Below, in pieces: positions 1 to 9,439 of a DNA stretch of 64,000 bases. The first letter of the stretch is position 1; the number at the start of each line of letters is the position of its first letter. The position numbers and the translations under genes are program-made. The notes under the pieces were generated by a model. It did no database searches. It was not told the DNA's origin and saw nothing but the letters and a program-made list of their open reading frames with translations. The stretch lies in the sequence record PV764601.1; one strand, 5' to 3'.

Positions 1-144
1 GCCCAACTCCTGAGTAAGGATTGGGTACGCCACACTCTGTTCGACGTGTTGAGGGCCCCAGTGTTCGTGCAGGTCAACGCATTTGAGCACACGATTACCA
101 CTCGCCTGACTAAGTTGCTCGACAACGACCGCTACCCGAACTAA
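1..144 (+). CDS. 3' end of a hypothetical protein (truncated by window edge)
   Basis: Open frame 1 ending TAA at 142-144, just before the next ATG. Confidence 0.5.
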   Translation, partial: AQLLSKDWVRHTLFDVLRAPVFVQVNAFEHTITTRLTKLLDNDRYPN

Positions 145-147
145 GCA

Positions 148-996
148 ATGGCTCGCATTGGAATTGTAGGGGGCCTTGGCGTGGGTAAAGCTCACGCCAT
201 CGCTGCCTTGAATCTCGGACATACGCTGTCCTTTGTCGTAGACGTGGACCCCAAGGCTAGTGAAGTCTACAGCAGATCGGTGCTGGTTAATCAATGGGGT
301 TCGTTCTATGAAGAAGCTGTGCTGGAGCGTCAGGTTCCAGTATACAAAACACTGACTGGCGCAATGATGAGTACGTGGAATGCTCCGGACCTCATTATCA
401 TCGCCACGCCAGATAGCACTCATGACCTGTTAGTGAGGCAAGCGGTACAATGCTTCCCTGAGTCTCGCGTGCTGTGTGAGAAGCCGTATAAGTCAGACGT
501 GATTGATGATCGTGTGCTTGTTTCCGCCGAATGGATTTACCATTCCAAGCTGGCAGGCGTGCACGACCCCATCACGGCGCTGGCTATGTACCACAACAAC
601 ATGCCTACCGATGGTTCTCCGTGGAACCACGTAATCAAGTACGACCTAGGCTTCCACCTGATGAGCATCATCGGATGGCAGCGTGGCTTCGACGTGGCTG
701 CAAAGGTAGATCATGCTGCAACCACTCCAGTAAATTGGGGTGGTGAAGTTCAAGTGCTAGGGTTCGATGATGTGATCGAAGTAGCCGCAATGTACAATCC
801 GAATGCAGCAGGCGTAACAGAGTTGATAGGTGCGCCCCTGATAGAGGATGCGGAAATAATCGTCCGTCATGGCGATACCACTACGTACTTGGATTGGGAA
901 GCCCCGTTGTTTGAACGGCAGATTTCCTCAGTCCTACGTGGCGTGCACCCGGTCACTAGCAAGGTGGCTGTGGGCATCGACTTCAAACTAGGCTGA
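148..996 (+). CDS. Gfo/Idh/MocA-family NAD(P)-dependent oxidoreductase
   Basis: N-terminal Rossmann IGIVGGLGVGKAH, IIIATPDSTH and VLCEKP motifs. Confidence 0.75.
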   Translation: MARIGIVGGLGVGKAHAIAALNLGHTLSFVVDVDPKASEVYSRSVLVNQWGSFYEEAVLERQVPVYKTLTGAMMSTWNAPDLIIIATPDSTHDLLVRQAVQCFPESRVLCEKPYKSDVIDDRVLVSAEWIYHSKLAGVHDPITALAMYHNNMPTDGSPWNHVIKYDLGFHLMSIIGWQRGFDVAAKVDHAATTPVNWGGEVQVLGFDDVIEVAAMYNPNAAGVTELIGAPLIEDAEIIVRHGDTTTYLDWEAPLFERQISSVLRGVHPVTSKVAVGIDFKLG

Positions 997-1001
997 ATTT
1001 A

Positions 1002-1040
1002 GGGGCTGCCGGGAGCGATCTTGGTGGCCCCTTTTCGTTT
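1002..1040 (+). terminator. Rho-independent terminator
   Basis: GGGGCTGCC/GGTGGCCCC stem followed by TTTTCGTTT, right after the stop codon. Confidence 0.75.
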
Positions 1041-1048
1041 CCCGAATG

Positions 1049-1197
1049 GGTCGATTTTTTCAAAGGGTGCTCGAACTGAACCTGAACGGCAGCTGAACGG
1101 GAATCAGGGGTGGCCGCACACCGAGAAGATTTGTGCTATACTGTAGTTGTGAGAAAGTCTGCCTGTCGTCTAGAGCAGGCCAAACACACTTTGAAAA
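1049..1197 (+). promoter_or_regulatory. Repeated promoter module, copy 1
   Basis: CTGAACG at 1082 and 1093; TG-n-TATACT -10 at 1137; imperfect terminal inverted repeat 1057-1069/1185-1197; similar to 10527-10680 and 25160-25309. Confidence 0.75.
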
Positions 1198-1219
1198 TAA
1201 CGCACTCATCGGAGCTAGC

Positions 1220-1618
1220 ATGTCCCTTAGCAATATTGTCATTCGCACCACCCGAGTCCTCGCTGAACCAACTGGCAAGAGCCGCACGGAAAAGCTGGCC
1301 GGCAAGCTTGGCAAGGTGCGCAAGCATAAGCGCGCATGGGTGGAACCGAGCGACGCAACCATGATCCTGCCGATGCACTTCAACGTGGTATCTCCCAAGC
1401 ACGGGATTCACTACGCAGAAATGTCGTTGGAGATTCCAATGGCGGGTGGGTTCGACTACTACACTGTGGTTCGGGGCGGTAAGACGCGACACGATGCGTT
1501 GCTCCTTGTCATCAAGGAGATTGAGAACTCGGAGTGGTTCCATATCTTCAAGAAGCAAGGCGTCTATTTCTATGTTACGGGCGGCGAAATGGAAAACCTG
1601 TACCGGGGTTACCTGTGA
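1220..1618 (+). CDS. hypothetical protein
   Basis: ORF with GGAG SD before ATG 1220, first gene after module 1. Confidence 0.65.
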   Translation: MSLSNIVIRTTRVLAEPTGKSRTEKLAGKLGKVRKHKRAWVEPSDATMILPMHFNVVSPKHGIHYAEMSLEIPMAGGFDYYTVVRGGKTRHDALLLVIKEIENSEWFHIFKKQGVYFYVTGGEMENLYRGYL

Positions 1619-1857
1619 AGCGACTGACAACTGCGCTTGCATACTTGCAAGGCATCCACAAATTCGGAGCGGGTGGCTTTTGGTCCACTGAAAACCCCAA
1701 GTCACCCGCAAGCAATTCGGAGTTGAGGCGATGGATGAACAATGGCGCTGTGCATATCAACGGCGCAGCGGTTGAACCAACGGACCTGATCGACCTCAAC
1801 AACCTCCACTCGGTAGTGCTGCACCCCAAGGGCAAGCGGCGCACCACCATCCTCTAA
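1615..1857 (+). CDS. Stand-alone S4-like RNA-binding protein
   Basis: SNSELRRWMNNGAVHINGAAV resembles the S4 motif; GTG start overlaps the previous stop. Confidence 0.5.
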   Translation: MKRLTTALAYLQGIHKFGAGGFWSTENPKSPASNSELRRWMNNGAVHINGAAVEPTDLIDLNNLHSVVLHPKGKRRTTIL

Positions 1858-1867
1858 GGAAAGAAAC

Positions 1868-2089
1868 ATGAACTACGTTCTGTATTGGCGTTCGGGCACG
1901 CATGAACTGGTCGAGGGTGAAACGATTGAAGACGCCTTCACCAACGCAGGTTACGGAGCAGGTGCGGTGCGGGCGCTCGACTTCTACATGATCCACTATC
2001 CGGGCCAGCCGCTTGGCTACGAGTGGAACCCAGGAACGAAGGGGTGGGACAAGCTGCCTGAGCCGACGGAGGCCGAGGACAATGGCTAA
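1868..2089 (+). CDS. hypothetical protein
   Basis: ORF with AAGGA SD. Confidence 0.7.
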   Translation: MNYVLYWRSGTHELVEGETIEDAFTNAGYGAGAVRALDFYMIHYPGQPLGYEWNPGTKGWDKLPEPTEAEDNG

Positions 2090-2252
2090 GGAATACGTGC
2101 TGCACAGTGAACTGTGTGGCTGCGAGCGATGCGCCGCGCTCGCTGACAGCGAGAATCCTCGGCCTGCTGGTGAGTGGGTTGAGAATCCGGACCTGCGCCC
2201 CTGCGGCTACTGCTACGTGTGGTCCACCTGCACCTGTGATGACGGAGATTGA
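2082..2252 (+). CDS. small Cys-rich hypothetical protein
   Basis: GAGG SD; CGCERC and CGYC..CTC motifs. Confidence 0.55.
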   Translation: MAKEYVLHSELCGCERCAALADSENPRPAGEWVENPDLRPCGYCYVWSTCTCDDGD

Positions 2253-2530
2253 TGATGAAGATGAAGCCGGAACATTACACTCAGCTGCGCGATGCGCTGA
2301 CTACCATCCTCCCCAAGCTCAAGCTGTCCGAAGCTCTCTATCAAAACAATGGCCTGACGCCGATGCGTTTCCGATGGGACGCGCTATGGGCTACCCAGCT
2401 CCGAGCGGGTGACAGCGCAGGCATGCAGACGGGGTGGCCGGTGTACGATTACCTCAACGACGAACACATCGACACGGCCTTGCGCCAAGCGATGGCCGAG
2501 TTCAAGCTGGAATGGGCGGCGACCAAATGA
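2252..2530 (+). CDS. hypothetical protein
   Basis: ORF in coupled gene run. Confidence 0.65.
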   Translation: MMKMKPEHYTQLRDALTTILPKLKLSEALYQNNGLTPMRFRWDALWATQLRAGDSAGMQTGWPVYDYLNDEHIDTALRQAMAEFKLEWAATK

Positions 2531-2967
2531 CCATTGAAGTAGGAATCGAGTGGTCTTCGGGATACGATCACCTCATTTTGGTGAATGTCAAAGAGTGGCC
2601 ACGCCGCATCATCACCACATTCGGTGCCTCTGTGCCAGAGGCACTTGCCAAAGTCGCAGAGAATCCCGAGTGGATTCTGACCAAAGAAAACCCTTACCCG
2701 GGCCACGTGCCCAAGGAAACGAACATGAGCAAGAACACTGAGCAGACTTCGGAGCGCTTCGCACGCGCCCATGCCCTCCAGAAGGAAGGCTACTACATCG
2801 GTCCGCGCGACCCCAAGCGCAACACGGTCTTCAAGGGCGCATGGATGGTGTGCGCCAATGTGGACTACGAAAGCGCGACCCTCGATGCAAGTGAAGGCGG
2901 CTACTGCGTTGTCGGTGACAACCTCGATGAACTGATCGACGACGCTTTCAACAACCTGCTGGACTGA
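2527..2967 (+). CDS. hypothetical protein
   Basis: ATGA overlap with the previous gene. Confidence 0.6.
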   Translation: MTIEVGIEWSSGYDHLILVNVKEWPRRIITTFGASVPEALAKVAENPEWILTKENPYPGHVPKETNMSKNTEQTSERFARAHALQKEGYYIGPRDPKRNTVFKGAWMVCANVDYESATLDASEGGYCVVGDNLDELIDDAFNNLLD

Positions 2968-3767
2968 TGCACAACCCTTCCCAAGAAGAGACGATGACGA
3001 TGACCCTGAACGGCAAGCCTTACATTCCTTCCAAGCGCGAACTGCGCGGCCCGGCCCACCTGAGCGACCTCGCTGGCGTCATCGGCGAGTTGGTCCAGAG
3101 CGATCGGGACGCTACGTTGTTCCTCACCACCATTGAGGAACCGGGCGCACACATTCCCACCGTACTCGCCAAGTGCGAGAACATGCTGGCGGTCATGCAG
3201 CAGATGTTCGGGTGGGAAAGCAAGCTCAACGTGCGCGCCAATGACATTGACGTTGAAGTCCGCCTGACCCGTGACGAGGCAGAGCGCATTATCAACCATC
3301 GGCCCTCCCCTGCCGTCACCAAATGGGAAAGCAGGTTCCACGAACTGTGCGAAGAACGTAGCCGGGAGTACAGGGAAACGGATGCGTACAAGCAGGCGGA
3401 AGCTGTCCGGGTCAAACTTGCGCAACTTGACCAAGTCCAGATTGATCGCCTGATCCAAATATTCCCCGCCGACGGCTACGAGAGCGATTTGCTCCAGTGG
3501 ATCGGGGACTTCGCTGCCATCAACGACAACAACCGCCTGCACTTCGATCATGAGTTCGTTGCGAAACTTCTGATCGCGGAAGGTTACGTTCGCAACGACA
3601 GCGTACTGACCCGCGAACAGATCGACGCGGGTGAGCAACTTCCCGAAAGCCTGCACGGCCGCTGGCTTATCGGGCAGGCTATCGACCACCTCATGCGCGG
3701 CATGCCGATCCATCCGGCCATTGGCGAACGCGCCGCTGCCCTCACCACTCGACAGGTAACTTACTGA
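2967..3767 (+). CDS. hypothetical protein
   Basis: 266-aa ORF, TGATG coupling. Confidence 0.7.
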   Translation: MHNPSQEETMTMTLNGKPYIPSKRELRGPAHLSDLAGVIGELVQSDRDATLFLTTIEEPGAHIPTVLAKCENMLAVMQQMFGWESKLNVRANDIDVEVRLTRDEAERIINHRPSPAVTKWESRFHELCEERSREYRETDAYKQAEAVRVKLAQLDQVQIDRLIQIFPADGYESDLLQWIGDFAAINDNNRLHFDHEFVAKLLIAEGYVRNDSVLTREQIDAGEQLPESLHGRWLIGQAIDHLMRGMPIHPAIGERAAALTTRQVTY

Positions 3768-4201
3768 TGAAAATGCTGATCGGTATTGCGCTGCTCGCTT
3801 TCTCCGCCGTAGCCTCCGCCACCTCGTACTCCCAGGAAGATCGTGCGAGCATGTGGGCGCGCAGTGGCAATCTGACCACGGGCGATAATGCTGCAACGTT
3901 CGCGCAGGTGGAAGTGGACTGGATCGAGGCGGGTGCCTTCGATGATCCCAACGGCCCCAAGGTGGCAGGCATTTCCTCCTGCATCGCACGCCAGTATCCG
4001 CGACTGGCCAGCCAAATGGCGCAGGGGAAGTGGAAGCCGGATGCGACCAAGGGTGCACCTGCCATCACCCTTGAACGCTACGTCTTCATGACGTGTTCGT
4101 ATCCGTTCTTCAAGAACGAGATTCGCGTCAACCCTGCTTACCACCCGGCAGTGGAGAACGTGGTTGTTCCCTACAATGAGTTCATCGGGGGCCTGCGGTA
4201 A
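3767..4201 (+). CDS. hypothetical exported protein
   Basis: Signal-peptide-like MKMLIGIALLAFSAVASA. Confidence 0.65.
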   Translation: MKMLIGIALLAFSAVASATSYSQEDRASMWARSGNLTTGDNAATFAQVEVDWIEAGAFDDPNGPKVAGISSCIARQYPRLASQMAQGKWKPDATKGAPAITLERYVFMTCSYPFFKNEIRVNPAYHPAVENVVVPYNEFIGGLR

Positions 4202-4452
4202 TGAAATATCTTGTGGGTGAATTGAATGCCAAGTACGGGTCTGTACTTGGAGCGATCATCTTCCCTGAGTACATGGAGCATGATCGAATGACCGGGGCGT
4301 TCGTTGGACGCTCACCGGAAAGCGGTGGATTCGTGCGACTCAATGCAGACGGTGAACCCTGCGCATACGGCGAATCTGTTTCGCTCGACCTGAAAAGCAA
4401 CCCGGAACGTGACAACAAGTTATTGAAGCGCCTCCTGACAACTACCTACTGA
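4201..4452 (+). CDS. hypothetical protein
   Basis: TAATG coupling. Confidence 0.65.
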   Translation: MKYLVGELNAKYGSVLGAIIFPEYMEHDRMTGAFVGRSPESGGFVRLNADGEPCAYGESVSLDLKSNPERDNKLLKRLLTTTY

Positions 4453-4467
4453 TCCGAGGACACTACG

Positions 4468-4959
4468 ATGGCCCTGCTCAACAAGGAAGAAATCGTAAGC
4501 CACTCCCACGTTGATTCGCTGGTATTGATGAACGAACGCGGCGGAGATTGGCTCGGTCATATCCATGACTGGATTCAGCGCCGCTGCCGTAACGGCGAAC
4601 GCGTCACATGGGGTAGCGAGGACGTGCTGACCATGCCCACGATGACGGTACGCGATATGGAATACCTCGCAGCCGGTATCGCTGAGGATGCCATCGCAGA
4701 AGCGCGGCGCGACCTTCGCAGCTTCCTTGAGAGCATGCGGACCTCGGGGCTGTACCACGACAAGCTGTTCGGTCAGCCCATGCTGGTCACTCCTGTGGTG
4801 ACCGACGCCAACAGTGAGTTGAACCACAACCACTGCATCGGCGCCTATTCGTGGATGACGGGCGGCCTTGTCTATGGACAGGGCAAGTTCACTGGCTACG
4901 GCCAGTGGGAACACGGATGCGTCAAGTGCAATCACGCACATGACTTGAACAGCGATTGA
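4468..4959 (+). CDS. hypothetical protein
   Basis: GAGGA SD; C-terminal CVKC. Confidence 0.7.
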   Translation: MALLNKEEIVSHSHVDSLVLMNERGGDWLGHIHDWIQRRCRNGERVTWGSEDVLTMPTMTVRDMEYLAAGIAEDAIAEARRDLRSFLESMRTSGLYHDKLFGQPMLVTPVVTDANSELNHNHCIGAYSWMTGGLVYGQGKFTGYGQWEHGCVKCNHAHDLNSD

Positions 4960-4972
4960 TCCAACCACCTCC

Positions 4973-4980
4973 TGTAAATA
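4973..4980 (+). promoter_or_regulatory. TGTAAATA phage promoter motif
   Basis: Recurrent sense-oriented intergenic octamer. Confidence 0.6.
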
Positions 4981-4994
4981 ACCTAGACGAGACG

Positions 4995-5975
4995 ATGACG
5001 ATGACCACCAACTACCGTACCCGCAAGAGCAACACCTCGCCGAAGCATCGCGTGATTCGCCAGCGTGACCGCTGGGATCACGGCTGGGGCTACGACAAGA
5101 CGGGGTTCGATATACCTTCCTTGTCGGACAAGGCACTGCGCAAGTTGCGCCTTGGCGATCACCTGTTCCGTGCAGTCATCATGGAGGACGGCATCAGTGT
5201 CGATCACATGATCGTCCTCGGTCCGGTTCGTCCCATGAACCAGTTCGGTTGGCGTAGCAAGAAGTGGTACGAGAAGCTGGAGGAAACCAGCAAGATCGTG
5301 CACGGCATGATGCACGAAAACAAGGAAGACGCGCCGCCGTTCAAGAAGGCTACCCCGAAGCTCATGATGCCGTTGCAGTCAATCGGGTACATGTGGGCAG
5401 AGCGTGGACGACGCGCCACTTCGGTGAGCATCCACTACCAGCGCACTGATGGTAGGCACGGCGGTCCGAGGGTAGTGCAGCGTTCACTGCGCCAGTTGGA
5501 ATCGAACATCGAGTACGATTCCCCGTCGGGTACCATCGACTACACCCAAGGCAAGCTGCACTACTTCGACAGTATGCGTGGCCGCAGTGGTTTCGTCTTC
5601 TGCACTTCATCGCGGAGTGCGATGGAAAGCATCCTCCGTCGTCTGCTGTCCAGCAACTACATCAACTACCGCTTCGAGGAACGTAGGCGCGAGCAGGAGT
5701 ACAACGATTCAATGTCGGACTGGGCGGAAGACCTCGACCGCGAATATGACGATACGCTGGACGAACCGAACCACGACCAGCTGGAGCGTGATCGGGAACT
5801 GTGGTCGCGCGAAGAAGAACGCGAACAAGATGCGCAATTCACCGAATCGGTTCGCATCTACGAAGAAGAGAAGCGCCAGCGTGAGGAAGACACAGCCGAA
5901 GACTTCCCGCTGGATGCCCACATGACCACGCGTGAGGCTGATGCGTGGGAGCGCGAAGCTAGTCGGGGTTCGTGA
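4995..5975 (+). CDS. hypothetical protein with acidic C-terminus
   Basis: Long ORF downstream of TGTAAATA. Confidence 0.7.
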   Translation: MTMTTNYRTRKSNTSPKHRVIRQRDRWDHGWGYDKTGFDIPSLSDKALRKLRLGDHLFRAVIMEDGISVDHMIVLGPVRPMNQFGWRSKKWYEKLEETSKIVHGMMHENKEDAPPFKKATPKLMMPLQSIGYMWAERGRRATSVSIHYQRTDGRHGGPRVVQRSLRQLESNIEYDSPSGTIDYTQGKLHYFDSMRGRSGFVFCTSSRSAMESILRRLLSSNYINYRFEERRREQEYNDSMSDWAEDLDREYDDTLDEPNHDQLERDRELWSREEEREQDAQFTESVRIYEEEKRQREEDTAEDFPLDAHMTTREADAWEREASRGS

Positions 5976-6199
5976 TGGACTTCGATGACGACGATTTGAT
6001 GACGGCTCCGAGTGAGCCGTCGTTTGAGCAGGCACGCGTGGCCTACTTGAATCTTCCCAAGGCCACCCGCGAAGTTGAGCGCCTGCGCAAGTATCAGGGG
6101 CGCGGTGCAGGTGTGCAGGATGACCTCAAACGAAATCGGGACCTCATGTTCTACTATGAGGAAACCCTCCGCAACTACTTCAAGAAGGAGAAAGTCTGA
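5972..6199 (+). CDS. hypothetical protein
   Basis: Coupled ORF. Confidence 0.6.
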   Translation: MMDFDDDDLMTAPSEPSFEQARVAYLNLPKATREVERLRKYQGRGAGVQDDLKRNRDLMFYYEETLRNYFKKEKV

Positions 6200-6396
6200 T
6201 GCGCCGTTTCACCATGCAGGATCGTTCGGAGCCCTCGGCTGCTGAAAGCACCACGCGCAACGACCTCACGTTGCAGCAGGTGTTCAACATGACGGACTAC
6301 AGCGATGAAGAGTTCGACGCCATCGCCGATTTGCAGCCGGGTCAGAGTCTGCTGATTGGCAGCGACAAGGACATTTACGTGGGGCGTACCTCGTAA
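6199..6396 (+). CDS. hypothetical protein
   Basis: AGGAG SD, TGATG coupling. Confidence 0.6.
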   Translation: MRRFTMQDRSEPSAAESTTRNDLTLQQVFNMTDYSDEEFDAIADLQPGQSLLIGSDKDIYVGRTS

Positions 6397-6785
6397 TGGC
6401 AACAGGTCAGCGTAAGAAGAAACTGTGGGCGATCAAGCGAGCCGAGAACGCTGCAAAGCGTGAGGCAGAGATTGAGGCTAACACTGCGAAGAAGAGACCG
6501 AAGAAACAGTTCACTGAGTTGAAGCCCCGCGAAAGCAAGTACGTCATCACTGACGCCATGAAGAAAGCTGCCTCGGGACCATCGGCGACGATGCGTGCGC
6601 CTAGCACGGTCAAGCATGTGGTACGTGAGGTGACCCCTGAATGGGCTGCCCGTGAAAAAGCAGCGCGTGAGGAAATCGAGCGAAAGAAAATGCGTATCGC
6701 GCCCATCTGCAACAAGGCCGGTTACACCTACATCGACCCAAACGCACCGCCTGAGATTATTCAGGCGCTCGGGAGAAAGCTGTGA
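6396..6785 (+). CDS. hypothetical basic protein
   Basis: TAATG coupling. Confidence 0.65.
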   Translation: MATGQRKKKLWAIKRAENAAKREAEIEANTAKKRPKKQFTELKPRESKYVITDAMKKAASGPSATMRAPSTVKHVVREVTPEWAAREKAAREEIERKKMRIAPICNKAGYTYIDPNAPPEIIQALGRKL

Positions 6786-7087
6786 GCAACAAGGCAATCA
6801 ACGAAGCAATCATTGCGAAGGTCAAGGCGGACAAGCACGAACTGGACTCGGCGCACGACTTGCTCATCAACATCCTTGACCACTTCGACATTGATCCGGA
6901 CACCTACTTGAACCCTGCGGTGGTGGATGCGTTCTTTGCCACCCTGCAAGATGATGAAATGGCCGAAATCTACCGTTGGAGCATGGGCGATACCTGCGTG
7001 CGCGACAGCATCTACGTCCGGTTCACTGAGACGATGGATACGATGCCGGAAAGCATCATGCAGGTCTACAGGCAGCATCATTCCTAG
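6782..7087 (+). CDS. hypothetical protein
   Basis: GTGA coupling. Confidence 0.65.
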   Translation: MSNKAINEAIIAKVKADKHELDSAHDLLINILDHFDIDPDTYLNPAVVDAFFATLQDDEMAEIYRWSMGDTCVRDSIYVRFTETMDTMPESIMQVYRQHHS

Positions 7088-7096
7088 GAAGTCACC

Positions 7097-7549
7097 ATGT
7101 CAAACATGCTGAATCTGGAAGGGCAACGTTTCGGGATGATGCAAGTCCTAGAGCGTTGCGGTGGAACGAAATGGCGGTGCCTATGCGACTGCGGCATCTA
7201 CAAGATCGTTACCACAACCAACTTGAGGTCCGGCGACGTTCGCAGTTGCGGCTGCAAGCAGGGGCTCAAGTCAGAGTACGATCCGAACATGCAGGTGTGC
7301 GTAGAGTATCAAGGGAGGAAGATAACCCTTCGGCAACTGGCGGAGGAAACAGGGATCAAGTACATGACGCTTTACATGCGTCTGCGTCGGGGCTGGAGCG
7401 TGGAGCGCGCGATAGGCGTAGCCACAATCAGCCCGAAGGTACGGGGCACCATGACCTACAGGTGCTCGCCACCCCTCGCCCAACGGGTAGGACGGGACAC
7501 AGTTCGTGTCTCTGAACGCGAAGGCATTTCACTGGAGAAGAAACGATGA
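7097..7549 (+). CDS. HNH-homing-endonuclease-derived DNA-binding protein lacking the HNH core
   Basis: N-terminal GQRFG..WRCLCDCG..LRSGDVRSCGC and C-terminal TLRQLAEETGI..TLYMRLRRGWSVERA, with no catalytic segment between them. Confidence 0.6.
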   Translation: MSNMLNLEGQRFGMMQVLERCGGTKWRCLCDCGIYKIVTTTNLRSGDVRSCGCKQGLKSEYDPNMQVCVEYQGRKITLRQLAEETGIKYMTLYMRLRRGWSVERAIGVATISPKVRGTMTYRCSPPLAQRVGRDTVRVSEREGISLEKKR

Positions 7550-7971
7550 GTAGACAAGGACGCTGGTGGTATCTGGACACCAAGGAAAAGCATCATGAAA
7601 TTCCGATCATGACCCTGACCACCCCTGATGGGAAGCAGTCGCGTATCCACATCATCGGGGAAGTGTCGGCGAATTATCTTGCGCATGACCTCAACGATCA
7701 AGCTGATCGCATCAAGAATCTTGAGCAGCGACTGGCTCAAGTGCAGCAGGTCGCGGCTCGCTGGGAGGCGTTCCAGAAGTTCTTCAAGATGGATCACGTT
7801 CGTTACCACGTGTTACATGAACACGACGTGACCGAAATGGATGAACTGCGGCTCAACGACCCACGCCGCGACGTGACCGGACTGGACCTTCTCATGGACT
7901 GGTGCATCAAGCACGGCAAGACCCCGACGGAAGCTTTCTTTGACAAGAACGAGGCAGAAGACGATGAGTGA
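7546..7971 (+). CDS. hypothetical protein
   Basis: ATGA coupling. Confidence 0.65.
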   Translation: MSRQGRWWYLDTKEKHHEIPIMTLTTPDGKQSRIHIIGEVSANYLAHDLNDQADRIKNLEQRLAQVQQVAARWEAFQKFFKMDHVRYHVLHEHDVTEMDELRLNDPRRDVTGLDLLMDWCIKHGKTPTEAFFDKNEAEDDE

Positions 7972-8446
7972 TATGAAGCCGAACCTGATTGAGTTCCCTG
8001 ACCGCACCCACCTGATCGAAGACCATCCCGGCATCAAGGAAGTGCGTGGCCTCTTCCAGAACCTCGACGTTCGGGCGATCATGGAAGGCAGACCACGCCA
8101 AGGCATCGACGCACGCGCCTACATCAATCCGGTGAATCTGTGTGAGCCAAGCCACACCCGTGCTGGCCTCGACTATCTCGGTCTCTACTACAACGGTGTC
8201 GTGCACTTCCACGGGTTCGAGCCTGCCCACCTCATTTCCATCGGCTACTACGAAGTGACCGAGTATGATGCAGAGTTGCATGGGGCAACGGTGCACCAAC
8301 TCGAATACTTCGCCCTTACTGACTACGACACTGCCATCCGTGCATTCGTGCAGCGGGCACTGAGTGGCCGTCCCATCAAGGCAAGCAACATCGGCCAAGA
8401 GTTCCGCAACCTCGTCACCCCGAAGCCGCTCTACGCGGTCAAGTAA
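7964..8446 (+). CDS. hypothetical protein
   Basis: ORF overlapping the previous stop. Confidence 0.65.
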   Translation: MSDMKPNLIEFPDRTHLIEDHPGIKEVRGLFQNLDVRAIMEGRPRQGIDARAYINPVNLCEPSHTRAGLDYLGLYYNGVVHFHGFEPAHLISIGYYEVTEYDAELHGATVHQLEYFALTDYDTAIRAFVQRALSGRPIKASNIGQEFRNLVTPKPLYAVK

Positions 8447-8449
8447 ATA
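8442..8449 (+). promoter_or_regulatory. AGTAAATA variant of the phage promoter motif
   Basis: One mismatch to TGTAAATA, at a gene junction. Confidence 0.4.
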
Positions 8450-8475
8450 ACCACACCCATTACAAAGGAATCACC

Positions 8476-9429
8476 ATGAACGATACCACCGCCACCGACA
8501 CCAAGCCGGTCAAGCTCAAGCACTACCTGTCCAACGACCAGCAGGAGGCACTGATCCAGCAAGTGCGTGAGGCCGAAGTCGATATGCACAACGGCGACAT
8601 TCACACGCGCTACTTCCTCATCAAGTCGGGCGACGTGCTCAAGAACATGCTGGCTACCCACAAGGCCCAGCAGGACTTCATGAAGGGCGCCTACAAGTTG
8701 GTGAAGGATTCCAGCTTCGGTCAGCACGTGGCAGGCATGAGCCTCTCAGGCGAGGCGATTCCAAGCAACCTGCGCTTCCGCTTGACCAACACCGTGCGCG
8801 ATCTTGCGCTGGTGCGCGTCAAGGGTGTACGGGACATGGTGTATCAGCTGCGCAAGGACAAGACCTCACCCGAAGGTGAAGCACTTCTGACCGCGCTGAC
8901 CGCCCTGTCCAAGGAAGTCGCCCCGAAGACCAAGGGCAAGAGCAAGTCGCTGGAGAAGCAGCTGGGTGTCAGCTTCGGCTTCCCCTACTTCGCACGTCAG
9001 GCTGCGTCCTATCGGGTGCTGCCGCTGAGTGGCGTCATCGCTGTCTCGATTCCGTGGGCCAATGTTCCGAAGGCCGCGCTCAAGGCTTACAAGAAGCTGG
9101 AGAAGATTGGCGTCTATAGCTCGGGTGACCTTGAATTGCTCACCCGCTTCAAGGAGCACAAGTCCCTGATCGAAGTCCGGCAGTCCAAGTACATCGAAGC
9201 TTTCGAGAAGGAACAGGACAAGCGCGAAAAGGCCCACAAGAAGTCGATGGCCAAGAAGGCCAAGGCCGAAAAGAAATTGCTCAAGCAAGCCAACAAGGCG
9301 GCGAAGCCGAAGGCCGGCAAGCGCAAGGAAGCTGCACCTGCCACGATGGGTAAGCCCTACGGCAAGAAGGGCGCCAAGAAATCCACCAAGAAGTCGGCCA
9401 GCGTCACCGCCACCGCTCCCCTGATCTAA
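8476..9429 (+). CDS. hypothetical protein with Lys/Ala-rich C-terminus
   Basis: AAGGA SD; 317 aa. Confidence 0.75.
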   Translation: MNDTTATDTKPVKLKHYLSNDQQEALIQQVREAEVDMHNGDIHTRYFLIKSGDVLKNMLATHKAQQDFMKGAYKLVKDSSFGQHVAGMSLSGEAIPSNLRFRLTNTVRDLALVRVKGVRDMVYQLRKDKTSPEGEALLTALTALSKEVAPKTKGKSKSLEKQLGVSFGFPYFARQAASYRVLPLSGVIAVSIPWANVPKAALKAYKKLEKIGVYSSGDLELLTRFKEHKSLIEVRQSKYIEAFEKEQDKREKAHKKSMAKKAKAEKKLLKQANKAAKPKAGKRKEAAPATMGKPYGKKGAKKSTKKSASVTATAPLI

Positions 9430-9439
9430 GGAAGTCTCC

